A stretch of DNA of 61,429 nucleotides, counting the filler, from Ionaspis alba (taxonomy: Eukaryota): NCBI GenBank assembly GCA_964255285.1. It is 6 parts of 6 records of this genome, joined end to end, with 100 filler letters (N's around TTAATTAATTAA, not from the genome) between each part and the next. Parts side by side here need not be neighbours in the genome. Positions count along the whole stretch, not along the records: positions 41,073 to 51,209 come from CAXUUL010000621.1; positions 51,310 to 61,429 come from CAXUUL010000622.1; 4 more parts are not named here. The stretch is one strand, 5' to 3'. Within the stretch, counting starts at the first letter, position 1; each line of letters begins with the position of its first letter. The position numbers and the translations under genes were made by a program. Positions 48,696-60,405 of the stretch are shown piece by piece. The notes below the pieces were generated by a model that had not been told where the DNA came from, made no database searches, and worked only from the letters and a program-made list of their open reading frames with translations.

Positions 48696-51177
48696 ATGGC
48701 TGATACTACTGGCACAGCTGCCCCACTACAAGACCCCTCCACAACACCGGGGCGATCCCGACCTAATAATTTTCGTGGCGGCAACCGAAGAGGCCGCGGA
48801 GGCGCTAGGGACGGACAACAAAGTAGAACACAGACCAACAATCAGAGAGGTGGCAGAGAAGGTGGTCGAGGCATGACTGAAGTTCGTCGAGGACTTGATC
48901 GAAATCAGCACCTTAGTCAGCTCTCACATTCAGTAATATCAACAGGCTCCCAGAAGCCACCACCATTGGGTCTGGGAGGCGGCGGCGGCTTCGGTACTCG
49001 CCCGACCGAAGACGCCAACAACGTGGAGGGTGAAGGGGATGTGAAGGGGAACGAGCCGGACCAAGAGGATGTGGAGGCAGAAGTGTGCTTTATATGTGCT
49101 TCACCTGTAGTACATAATTCCGTTGCGCCGTGCAATCACCGCACTTGTCATATATGTGCCCTACGGTTGAGAGCTCTCTACAAGTCAAGAGCTTGTGCGC
49201 ATTGTCGGGTCAGTATACTCCTCCGCATCTTTGCTTCACAGCCTTGATCTAATCTGGTCTCAGACTGAGGCAAAGTTCGTCGTCTTTACAGATAATCCAA
49301 CTAAGAGGTACGAGGATTTCAGCGAACCCGATTTCGAACAGACCGACGATGTCCTGGGTATCAAATATGAGAAAAAGGAAATCCATGATGATACAGTACT
49401 ACTCCTGCGGTACAACTGTCCAGATACAGACTGCGATATAGCTTGCTGGGGCTGGCCAGATCTACACCGACATGTCAAGAGTTTTCACCACAAGATCATG
49501 TGTGATCTATGTACAAGAAATAAGAAAGTTTTTACCCACGAGCATGAGCTGTTCACAGTTCAGGAGCTACGTAAACACGAGAAGTTCGGTGATGACAACC
49601 CTGGCGCAGTAGACCAAAGCGGCTTCAAAGGCCATCCTGAATGTGGTTTCTGCCGACAACGGTTCTACGGCGACGATGAACTATATACCCATTGCAGAGA
49701 CAAACATGAACGTTGCCATATCTGTGATCGCAGGAACGTTGGTCGGCAGCACCAATACTACGTCGATTACAACTCCTTGGAAGCACACTTCCGGAAAGAT
49801 CATTTTCTATGTCCTGATCAGGAATGTCTTGACAAGAAATTCGTCGTCTTCGAGTCCGAGATGGACTTGAAGGCTCATCAACTCGAGGCACATCCTAACA
49901 GCTTGTCCAAGGATGCACGGAGAGATGCTAGAATTGTTGACATATCTTCCTTCGACTACCGCACGCCACACCAAGACAACCGGGGCAGCCGCCGTGAAGG
50001 CAGAGGCAGAGGTAGAGATCCCAACACGGAAGCCGTTCCTGTATCGAGTGCGCAGCCTCTCAGGAGAGACGAACTCGCCTACCAAAGGCAGATGGCCATC
50101 CAAAGTGCACAATCCGTGACGACACGCACGTTCGGTGGTCAACTAACTTCTAACGACGGGACCACATCACGTCAGGGTAGGCACCAAGATCCCCCGAGCT
50201 TGACTGCGAGTCGTGGTCAAGCACGTACCATTCCGTCACTTCCCGCGATTGATCATCTTCATCTCGACAACCCCTCTACTGGCTCATCAGACTCGTCCCC
50301 ATTTCCTATCCCAACAAACACCCTTACACCTCAAGAGCAAGCCCGGCGACTTCAACACAACGCAGTCATGGACCGCGCCTTCATCATGCTCAAGAATGAT
50401 CCGCTCAAAATCTCCGAATTTCGATCTCGCGTCTCATCTTACCGCACGTCCGCCATTTCGGCATCTCAGCTAATTGACACGTTTTTCTCACTCTTCGATG
50501 TATCGTCAGCCGACTTGGGAAAGTTGGTCAAAGAACTTGCTGATATTTACGAAAATGAAAGTAAGCGCTCCGATCTCCTCAAAGCTTGGAGTGACTGGCG
50601 CGCCGTAAATGAAGACTACCCTTCACTCCCCGGACCCAGCGGTGTTCTTCCAGGGTCGTCTGCTTCGAGTGCTGGTAGTGGAGGTCGACGAATATTGAAG
50701 CTCAAAAGCTCAACCGCACAATCCTCTCGCTCAGCAGTAAGCAAGCAGCGAAGTTGGGGGAATACAGCAGCAGCGACTCCGTTTCCACCCATGCCGATAG
50801 CATCGGCCAATCGGAGTGGTCCAGGGAAGGTCGGCCCTACGCCCTGGGCTACGTCCTCCTCTAAACCTACAACTGCTCCATCTAGGCCAACCTCTACAGT
50901 GTCATCTACGCAGAACGGCGCGGTGGGATCTGACGCTTTTCCGGCGCTGCCAGCTGCCCTGAAGCCGGATACAACGATATTTGGTCTTCATAGGGGATCT
51001 GTGAGATGGGATGATAGAAATGTTGCGCCTGTGAATCCGTGGGGTAACGGAGGCTCGACAGGTGCCAGCGGAAACCCGTCTGCTGCGGTTAGTGAGAATG
51101 AAGCCGATGATGGCGTTGGGTCCAGCAAGAAAAAGGGCAACAAGGCTAAGAAGCAGACTCTCTACAAGTTTGGGTAA
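48696..51177 (+). CDS. HEL2: Ribosome quality control E3 ubiquitin ligase Hel2/ZNF598; intron 49209-49263
   Basis: RING CFICAS...PCNHRTCHICALRLRALY...CAHCR, C2H2 fingers with GFKGHPECGFC...ELYTHCRDKHERCHIC, and EDYPSL / DAFPAL motifs. Confidence 0.95.
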
Positions 51178-51209
51178 TAGATAGGTATGGTGTGTGCTAC
51201 TTAGTCGGT

Positions 51210-51309
51210 NNNNNNNNNNNNNNNNNNNNNNNNNNNNNNNNNNNNNNNNNNNNTTAATTAATTAANNNNNNNNNNNNNNNNNNNNNNNNNNNNNNNNNNN
51301 NNNNNNNNN
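51210..51309. other. Artificial scaffold-joining linker
   Basis: N44-TTAATTAATTAA-N44. Confidence 0.98.
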
Positions 51310-52532
51310 GAAAGGGGGCAGGGAGGCGCGTTTGGTTGATGGTGGGGAGCGGGGCATCTAATTGATCGAGGGAGAACTGGTCAGTAGTGCTACTAGAAAG
51401 AGAAGTTGAGATATTTTGTGGGAATAAATGGAACGTACTGGTGTCAATTCGCGATCCGAGTCCGCCTCATTGGCCGACGTGGCAGCCTCGATGAGATCTT
51501 CCCACCTTTTGCCCATGGCCGTGGCAGCAGCGCCTTGTGGCTCAGCGGAAAAGGCCTTGCGACCTTCAATGCTCATTCGGCGGGCCTGATCTTTGGATTT
51601 GGTGCGCTCGTGTTTTGGTTTGCGAGCGTTCTGTGTGATGGAGGATTTACGTGGCCGTGGCCGTTGGATCGGTGGAAGAGTGGTGGATCGACCTGGAGGA
51701 GAACGAGCCATCATTGACGGGAGGAGCTCCCGGGGTCTGGGCGAGTGGAAGGGGGGAAAGGATTCGGTTGTTTGGATGTGATTTTGTAGAGGGGGCAATT
51801 CGAAGGAACGATTGATGTGAGGCGGTCCAGATTTGTGGTCGGGTGTATTGTCCTGTTGTGCGGTGGGCGTTGTCAGCCCATTTTGTCATGACGAAGAAAG
51901 AGAGCAGAAAAGAGACTGACAGCTTCTGAATCCCAATCGGATTCTGGTCGGGTATTGTGAAGCTGTGCCAGAGCTACAGCGGCTGTAGCTGCAGCCGGAT
52001 AGGCATCTTCCAAGGTTCGTGCTTGAGCGGGCGAGCTATATTCCGGTTGATGTCCATCTCTATCGTGGCCGTAGACTGGTATATGTCAGTCTCTGATTGC
52101 CGAACGACTCTCCGAAAGCTATTACCACTGTTGCCGAACGATTGGCTAGTTTGTGGTGGTGGTTGAGGTTGGGGTTGCGGCGGAGGTCGTGCCGATGGCG
52201 GGGTGTTTATCATAAGCTGGAAGCTCTCCTCCGTGGCCGGCAGCTTCGAGATGTAGTGTTCTGGGTGCGCTCTTCTGATGTGCTCCTGCATGGAGCGGTA
52301 TCGTTTCTCCTGCCATTTCAATTGGTGTCACCAGCTGTAGCTACAAGACAGAGAAAGAGTGTGTTTGACAGTGGTGGTGGGATTGATGGGGTTTGGGGAG
52401 TAGCGAAGAGGCACTCACGCCCAAGCAGCGTTTGCGACAATTGGTTCCATCATGGTTCTTGAGCGGGCAAACAACCTCGTTGTTCTGGTCCGAGAGGGAA
52501 AAGGAGCTTGTGAGGGAGGATCGAGGTGGCAT
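51310..52532 (-). CDS. Conserved Pezizomycotina Zn-finger-like regulator (resembles proteins annotated RfeD), 3' end truncated
   Basis: MPPRSSLTSSFSLSDQNNEVVCPLKNHDGTNCRKRCLG|EKRYRSMQEHIRRAHPEHY (intron 52310-52418), then GRKAFSAEP...GKRWEDLIEAATSA. The RfeD name is from recollection. Confidence 0.7.
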
Positions 52533-53130
52533 GGCCTGCATGTATCCCTCGTCCGCACTCGATTGGGACGGTGGAAGGAAGTGACACACACGCACGCACG
52601 CAACGCACACCCACACACCAGTCAGCCAAGTCGAAGCACCAAGCCGAGGAGCAATTAGCAGGTGACTCTAGAATAAGTGAATGTGACAGTTAAGAATGGG
52701 TGGATGAGCGAGAAGCTGCACACTGCTGTACTGAGCCGAGTAATTGTGGTGAAGTGAAGTGATATGGTATGGTGGGATGAGAGATGCTGGTATGGAGGAA
52801 ATGGAAATTGTGTGACTGCTACCAAGGTTGTATGTAGTAGCTCTTGCAAGCCAGACGAGTTGGATGCGTTAGTAGGGACGAGTAATCATGGTCGGACTCG
52901 CCCTTGGACCTTTCCACTGTTGTCCCTCTTTGCTCCTCCTATCGATTAGGATCGATTAGGGATCCATTGGCGGGGGAGGGGCTGCTGCTTGCTGCTGCTG
53001 CACCACTGGTGGCCCCCGAATCGAGCTCTGATCGCTTAGCTGGTGCAAGTGGATCTGCCGAGGGGAAAGAAGGGAAAAGAAGGGAAACAAGGGCGAGGAG
53101 CTTGCGGATACGCTTGACCGCTTCTGCAAT

Positions 53131-53340
53131 AGATCCCTCGGCCTGGAACGGAAGGAGAATCTTATTCCAGAACTCTAATACAGAGNNNNNNNNNNNNNNN
53201 NNNNNNNNNNNNNNNNNNNNNNNNNNNNNNNNNNNNNNNNNNNNNNNNNNNNNNNNNNNNNNNNNNNNNNNNNNNNNNNNNNNNNAGATCCCTCGGCCTG
53301 GAACGGAAGGAGAATCTTATTCCAGAACTCTAATACAGAG
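53131..53340. repeat. 55-bp exact direct repeat flanking a 100-N gap (assembly artefact)
   Basis: 53131-53185 is identical to 53286-53340. Confidence 0.95.
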
Positions 53341-54087
53341 CGTGCGGATATCGTTGGAAGGAGATTCGTGGTCACTCACTTGGAGAGACCTCATGGAGAG
53401 GGAAATACTGGTAGAACAAAGCATCCCCCGGAAAGTCATGAGAGCTTCATCTATGCTTCTATCAACAGCAGATGCAGAAATTCACCGGGAGCTCGCTTGG
53501 AGCCGCTCGTGCCGAGGTCGTTGCTTCATTCAGGATGGGATGCATCAGTTGTGAACAAGTGGAAACAGAGCACGCCCTCAATGATTGTACAACTAGAACA
53601 GTGGCGGTCTGGAGAGACCATACCAGCTAGGTATCAGTCATAATTCTCATCAAAAGAACAAGTAATGTAGATAGGCTGGCACATGAGTCTCCACTCCAGA
53701 TGCGTAGCGAGCGATATGTATTATGTCGTTGTAAATAGTGTACAAGCAGCAATATGTACGAGTGAATGCCACCAATTCGCTAAGCAGCAGATCCTGATAT
53801 CCTCCCGTTTGCACAGATGCCTTCCTTGGTCAAGCTCCATCAGAGCTCAAAGCCATATGCTGATCCATGAAAACGCCCTGCTACCTTCATCCAGTAGCAA
53901 ATATAAAGACCCATCATAATATCGTCCCAGTCATGTCCATGATCCCTATCCTGTTTGCCCAGTTCCCTATCTTACCAGGCACTTCATTTCCCGCGTCCAT
54001 TCGGTTCCGTTCTCATCTTGATCCCTCTTGTAGATCCCATTTCGTCAACCCTAACTCCTCTCTATTTTGTCCCTAGTGCATAGACCT

Positions 54088-55419
54088 TCAAGCGCACAAT
54101 GTCAACTCATCCCCACTTTCAAGCGTCCTTATATCCATAGGCACCTTCTCGCTCTTCCACTCCTTCGCCGCCAACGCCCTCACCTCCGCAGCCGTATGTT
54201 TGCTCGCCACGAGCTTGAGAATGCTGATGCCAGCTTTATCTATCTCCTCATCGTGAGCACTGATCCAGCATTTCCCCATCAGCTTCTGCACAATATCCAA
54301 TCCACCTGGCGCACCGGCACTGATGTTGCCGCCCAACCACCAGGGGTTTTGGAGGCGGTTGAAAGGGTGCAGGAGGAGCGTCAGGGGAAGTGCGGCATTC
54401 GAGACGAGGTGCGAGGTTGCGTAAGGGTGGATGTGCGAGTAGGTGACTCCATGGGGTGAATAGATGACTGACATGGTTCTCGGGCGACACGGTGCGTGGC
54501 TCGTTGTGGGTCGGAAGTTACTGCTGGTGAAGCTTGTGACCGGCGACAGGGGTGTGTAACTGGTTGTGGGTCGTGCAGTAGTGATTGGAGTGATGCCAGG
54601 AGTCAGAGGTGTTTTGGGGCCTTCGATAGGATAGATGGATGGCGCAGAAGATATGGAGCTCGCTGCGCTTGTCCTGAAGAAAGAATCTGGTAGTGGAGAA
54701 GACATGGAGAAGTAACTGTTAGTATCAGGAGACTCGGGAGGTGTTGGTGGAAACGTTTCCATGTACGGAGAACGTTGTAGTGGTAGGCTTGATGGCAGAG
54801 GTGGCAGAGGTGGTATTGCAGAGGTGTAGGAGATGGGTGGCGAGTTTATCGGACTGAATGGTGAGGCAAAAGAGGGAGCGCGGTAGGTGATCCCTATGGC
54901 ATTGTGTAGACCACTTATGTCGCGCTGAGTCATGTTGGCGACGGTGACTTCGCCTGGGGTAGCGCCAGGCACCGAAGACGGGATGTTGAATCGGACAATA
55001 GAATTCGGCTGCTTCGCCGAGAAGGTAGGTAGAGCATGGACTTTGGAAGGATCGAAGTACTTCCAACTCCGGATCTTCTTTGCAGCTGCAGCGCTGGCAA
55101 GAATGACAGTATGCCGCAGCGAGGGATCGAGCTGACGGAGCGTGCCTTCATGACAATGATCTGGATTGACTTGCGAGATCAGGACAACGTTCGGAGGAGG
55201 TATCTCGGACAGATGATCGATACACGACGGAATGGTATGTCTTGCGATGGCAAACTTGGGATGAATGACCGTGGAGTCGCCGAAGAGCCACGGATCAATG
55301 AGAATAGAGAAAGTTCCCGGCTTGCTTGAGTATCCGACGGGGACCTGGGAGAGCTCGGAGGGTGAGAAGGTGAGGAGAAAGGTGGTGTCGCCGTTCAAGT
55401 GTTTGACGGACAACGACAT
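54088..55419 (-). CDS. Metallo-beta-lactamase-fold-like fungal protein with a Ser/Pro-rich insertion; intronless
   Basis: SVKHLNGDTTFLL, ILIDPWL, VVLISQVNPDHCHEGTLRQL, IYSPHG and WISAHDE. Confidence 0.7.
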   Translation of the reverse strand: MSLSVKHLNGDTTFLLTFSPSELSQVPVGYSSKPGTFSILIDPWLFGDSTVIHPKFAIARHTIPSCIDHLSEIPPPNVVLISQVNPDHCHEGTLRQLDPSLRHTVILASAAAAKKIRSWKYFDPSKVHALPTFSAKQPNSIVRFNIPSSVPGATPGEVTVANMTQRDISGLHNAIGITYRAPSFASPFSPINSPPISYTSAIPPLPPLPSSLPLQRSPYMETFPPTPPESPDTNSYFSMSSPLPDSFFRTSAASSISSAPSIYPIEGPKTPLTPGITPITTARPTTSYTPLSPVTSFTSSNFRPTTSHAPCRPRTMSVIYSPHGVTYSHIHPYATSHLVSNAALPLTLLLHPFNRLQNPWWLGGNISAGAPGGLDIVQKLMGKCWISAHDEEIDKAGISILKLVASKHTAAEVRALAAKEWKSEKVPMDIRTLESGDELTLCA

Positions 55420-56572
55420 AATGAACGCCGAATGCGGCACCGCTGCGTGTAGACGTTTACATGTTCGGTCGGGTGAAGGGACTCATATCTTTCACGCTCA
55501 GGTGGTCAAAGTTGTGGTATTGTAAGTTCGAGTTGAGAGGGATCGAATCTCGACTGTGACTGTGGAATGGTGGATGGCGAAGAGATGTTGTCGCAATTGG
55601 GCGAAAGAGAAGAAGCGGAAGAGGCTTCTCCTTGTGTTCTTGATTCGAAACAGGAAACGGCAACGGGGCGCGATCATCGTTGCAGTGGAAGTTCTTCGCG
55701 GCGCTAAACGAGGTTAGTGGCAGACGGTCTCGATCGAATCGAAAGGAGGAGAAGAGGATTCGGTACAGAGCTAGTCGAGGGCAATTTTAAGGTGTGGGTG
55801 CATGTCCATGGCTCGGCCCCCGGCTGCAGGCGAAAGTGGTCCCCGGGGCAGAGCCTAGATCTTGTGGACTATTGGCTGCAAGTGTCTCCTACTACTCATT
55901 TCTTCCCATTGATCTCCTATATTGCACGAATGCGATGTCTATCGACGACATCACATTCGTTGATTGCTCCTGCCTCTCAGCGACCATGATATCTTGTGCT
56001 TTCCTCTTGCGGCTCTGGGGTGTCATCGTTATCGTCATCTTGCGTATGGAGTGTACGGGATGCGTCGTGTCACCTCTTCGCGACTCATAGTTCCCCGCAT
56101 GGTAAGATCTGCCGCCAGATCTGCACCACGATGCCTTGGCTTGCTTGAAAAGGTCCCCGAATCAATTGCGCGTGTCCAAAGATGCAGAGATATTCTTCAA
56201 CAGGACAGGTAGAGCTCATCTTGCACTGAAAGAGCTTTTGATGATTCAAGCTGTGCTTTACACTGGTTCCGTCTACTGCTTACGAATTGGGTAACTCTGC
56301 AATCCAGGGACTGGAGGCAGCGCTCCCAACCATCGGTCAAGTGCGATTGATCATTTCCTTTGAACAACTCCTGCTGCTTTGGATTGTCCTAGTCTACCTT
56401 GTTCTGGACATAAACCGCAACTCTATTGACGCACAATCAATCATCTAGTGAAAATCGTCATTCCCGCACCCGCCTTTTTGGTATCGTCGCAAAAGCCTTA
56501 GAGAGGAGTACCCAAATGAGATATCCAGAACACCTGTTTCCCAAACACCTTGCTCTCAAATAATCAAATTGC

Positions 56573-57926
56573 TCAAACCACCTCCTTTCTCTCCCACCCG
56601 ATAGGCCGGATGTTTTCAATTCCTTTACCTGGATGCGGTTTGTCGGGATCCACATATTCGCTCACGAATGGGTTTGGATCGGTAGTCTGATCCAGGTTAC
56701 CCAGCGTGTGGTTGACCTCGCGATGCTTGGCTTCGTCGGCTCGTATATAGAGCATCAGGTCGCGGATGGTTCGGTGGCCCTCCGGCATGTTCCAGTAACG
56801 GATGGCAATCTCGGGTGCTTCCATCGTCTGCCATTTCGGCAGCTTCCCGGCGTCGATATCGGCAATGATTCTTGTGTAGGTGATGACAGCCTCCTCTAAA
56901 GATGCAGAGAGCGAGAATCAGTATTATACTTCGTGTATTCACGGTCAGAAGGAAAAGTGGTTCGAACCTTCGAGATAGCCGACAAAGCGATGGCATGTGC
57001 GCGGCGAAATCAGGTAAGAAAGAAACATGCCATTATAGAATACGCCTTGAGCGCCAACTAATAGCACCGTTAGTCGCTTGCCAGCCAAGACAGGCGTAAT
57101 TAGTACTCACGAATCATGAATTTCATGAACCAGCCCGGCTCAGCCATCTTGAGGAATGTGAGCAGGTGCATTCGTTCGTTGAAGGCTTCTTCCAGCAGGG
57201 TCTCGATCCTGTAAAAGTCAGTATAGGATATTACCATAGTCACCAAGGGTGCATGCTACTCACCAGCCATTGTCTCTTTTCATTTTTCTCAGGCTCTGCA
57301 GATGTCGTAAACTTCCACCGACCATACCTGGAACACCCGCAACGCTTTCCAGGAATATGGATCGAATGAGCCATTTGCGCTCCGTCATCCTGCCCCAACC
57401 CGAGACCTTGGCATGCTTTGGGTCCTTTTTGCCGGTGGAAACATCCTCGTCGTGGGTATACCATGTCGCCATGTCCATTCCCCACCGCAGTATCCGTGCC
57501 ATGGTCAGAGCCCATTTGTCAGACCAGTTTACAGCTTCTCGATGGGCGATTTTGATGTCCCTCATATTCTGCTCGGTATACCTGCAAGCGATCGAGTCAG
57601 TCGTGGTCCTTTCTGAAGCTTCCGTGTAAGCGGACGATGAATTAGATGGATGTTACTGACACTGGGTGATGCCATGCCGGAGGCGTCAACTTGATGTTTG
57701 GAGCGTTGGCCGGAGGAGGGAAGAACTCCTTTAGCTGGGTCCTTTTGGTGGAGCTGAAGTGTCTCCTGGACGGGAGCTCCTGCTGCTTGAACAGGACATA
57801 GCTAGTAGGGGAAGCACAAGACAACGGCCTTGTACTGTACAGAAGAGTCTGGGCTACGCGGGCGAGCTTGGCCGAACCAGCCTTGCTGGTGAGTGGCGTT
57901 GTCGTTGTGCTGATAGTCGTATACAT
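56573..57926 (-). CDS. AOX1: Mitochondrial alternative oxidase; 4 introns
   Basis: Di-iron motifs [42 protein letters not shown] and [13 protein letters not shown], with an N-terminal presequence. Confidence 0.97.
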
Positions 57927-58248
57927 TCGTAGTCGAGACTACCAAGAGGAGTGGCGATTCAGTGATAGAGGCTTTGTATTCGATTTGTATGAATGTTATG
58001 AAGTGTCTTTGTTGTGATGATGTGTAGAAAAATACAAGGTGGATGGTGGTGCTTAGAACAATAATATATCTTGACACGAAGTCTTGGCAAGGCAAGGAAA
58101 GGAGTCGCCGGCAGACGTGTCACCGAAGAAAAACAAACGGCGAGTTGGACTCACTACTGTAACAGTGGCAGTGTTGGTCAGCTGGTAATACCGCATAAGG
58201 CAAGATGAACGAAAGAAGCAATTGATTTGGAAGGGAAGAATTCGGGAT

Positions 58249-58261
58249 CGGGTCTTTGCGG
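58249..58261. promoter_or_regulatory. Candidate CGG-N7-CGG alternative-oxidase induction motif (AOD2/AOD5, AcuK/AcuM type)
   Basis: CGGGTCTTTGCGG on + (CCG-N7-CCG on the AOX sense strand), about 325 bp upstream of the AOX ATG. Confidence 0.6.
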
Positions 58262-58687
58262 GTCACAAAATCCAGGCAATCTCGTGATCATAGACGATTG
58301 AGAAAATACTCTAGCCTTCGATTATGTGGGTCTCACGAGTGGCTCATTTGCACTGAATGACGGAGATACCCTCAAATGGATGCCTGAATTCCTAAATGGT
58401 CTATCTCATGTGAAACGGCCCTCACGGCTTATGAGTAGTGGGAATTGACAGACGGTGTTGAAGATGAAGAGGCGCTGCGGACGCTGGTTTAAGTCCAAGG
58501 GAACTTTCGGGAACACTAGTAGATTAGCGTGTATCTAAGAATGCCATCCAACAGCCTGCCAAGCATCGTATCTGCACACCCGGCTGCTCCCTGCTTACCT
58601 AAAATGTGTACCGCTATAATTCTTACTCAGCATTGGAGTTAGCTGCGTTTCCACGGTCCTGGATTGAAATTCATCTCTAGGTCCAGT

Positions 58688-59556
58688 ATGCCTCTCATAG
58701 AAGTCCTGCCGAATTCGACCTCGATATCCGCACCCGGATGGGCTTATGTCCCGGACACTGGCTACGATCCGTCCAAAGCCCCCATCCAGCCTGGAGCTCG
58801 AAAGCGCAATGCTAGGGTTCTTGGTCCTGGTGGCGCAGATACAACGGCGAGACAGAATACTGCTGTTCTGAAACGCCTCGCCGATCTGGACAAAGACAAC
58901 TTCAAAGATGTACAGATTGCTATCCCAAGCAAACAGAAAGATAGTGCAGGTCGAGGCACGTCTCTTCGTAAAACCACTCCGCTTTGTGATATTGCTGACC
59001 GCCCTTTTCAGTTTCAAAGGGCAAGACCGCAGCATCTCGAAAGATCCTCCTTGCCCAGAAGACTTTTGCCAACTATGTTGCTGACGAGGAGGCTTTGGCT
59101 GCGCTTGAACCACATGCATCGAACGCACCAAAGCCACGGACTTCAGCGGCTAACCAACTTCGAAGATCATCGACAAATACGCGAGACACCTCGATCTCTG
59201 GGACACCGCAGCTAACCCGCGACTCTTCTGTCCCCAACGTGGCAAGTGGAGAGCCTCAGAGAGGCATTCAACCATTTGGTTATCCTCGTCCGGATCTTCG
59301 TGATTTGAGACTCCTCGATACCGCTGTGCCTAAGGCGCCATCTGAGGCTCTTATGGATACACTTGTCTCTGCACCTCAACTATCTTATGGAGCAGCACGA
59401 TCGGAGCCTTCTTCATCCGGCCAGCCCCAGAGGCACTTCTGCGAGTTCTGTGGCTACTGGGGTAAAGTGAAGTGTATCAAGTGCGGTGCACGGGTATGCG
59501 GTCTTGCCTGCAAGAAGACTCATGACGAGGAACGCTGTCTCCGGTACTCTGGATGA
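58688..59556 (+). CDS. VPS71: SWR1 complex subunit Vps71/Swc6 (HIT-type zinc finger); one intron ending at 59011
   Basis: APGWAYVPD, LADLDKDN, RKILLAQKTFANYVADEE and zf-HIT RHFCEFCGYWGKVKCIKCGARVCGLACKKTHDEERC. Confidence 0.88.
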
Positions 59557-60405
59557 AGGAAGACGAGTAGATGGCTTTGAAAGATCATGTAAATTAACCC
59601 TCGACTTATCCTACACGGGACGCTGCTCCTGCTCAGCTTTGTTGGCTGTCCAGACGGACTGGCACTACTCATAGAGAACTGGATTCTTGACCAGTTAATC
59701 CATCAGCAGTCATCTCCGTCGAAGCAATTATCCCACAACAGAACGGCGAAGCTCTTCTGTGGCTTGGTCATATGGTTGTGTGAAGAATGTTCCACTTGTG
59801 TGGACCGTTAACCAATCCAGCTTGGAAAATCTGAGTACGATGCGCTCTCAGGAGTGCTGGAACACTCCAGGAGATCCTCACAATGCTACATGCTCTAGCA
59901 AGGGATTTCTAAGATTGATCATGGGCTTTTTGAGTATCAATGTGCGAGCACTCATGTGCCGCTTACAATTTGAAGTGGCCTTGAGCTGGAGCAGAAGATT
60001 ATACGCAGAAAGCAGGTTGATGGTATAGGGGATGAACTGGTAGTGCACTCTCATAGGTGTGGTACGAGACTATGAGATCATGATGTTGGAACTTTTGGTC
60101 CAACTTGAAGATCCTCATCATAAAACATCCTTTGGAACATTCAAGATCCCTTCCCGAAGAGCTTCGCATTACCACTCTTACATTGTGCTGTGTAGCCATC
60201 ATGAGTAACATACGTAGTCCCTTCCTCTATTTTGTATACGGAAGCGTGACACCGTGTGCCCCTGCCGAGTAGCCGAGCGCCGTCCCTGAAAAGACGCGTT
60301 CAGCCGACTAGGTAGTCAACTCGTGTGGCAAGTCATTTCCGACCGTCGTACTCATCTCATGGGTTGAACTAGGAGCACTCGGGCTTGACTTGTCAAGTGG
60401 ACACG

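Noticed and set aside
10261..51265. TTAATTAATTAA recurring about every 10.25 kb as a periodic element, CRISPR-like repeat or piggyBac TTAA target
   Set aside because: It is always centred in N44 blocks and has stops in all six frames, which marks it as a synthetic spacer.
52580..52620. CA/CG-rich simple repeat upstream of the RfeD-like ATG
   Set aside because: A short imperfect microsatellite with no evidence of function.
56940..56970. GGTTCGAACC resembling a tRNA T-loop
   Set aside because: It is the donor region of an AOX intron, and no cloverleaf can be formed.
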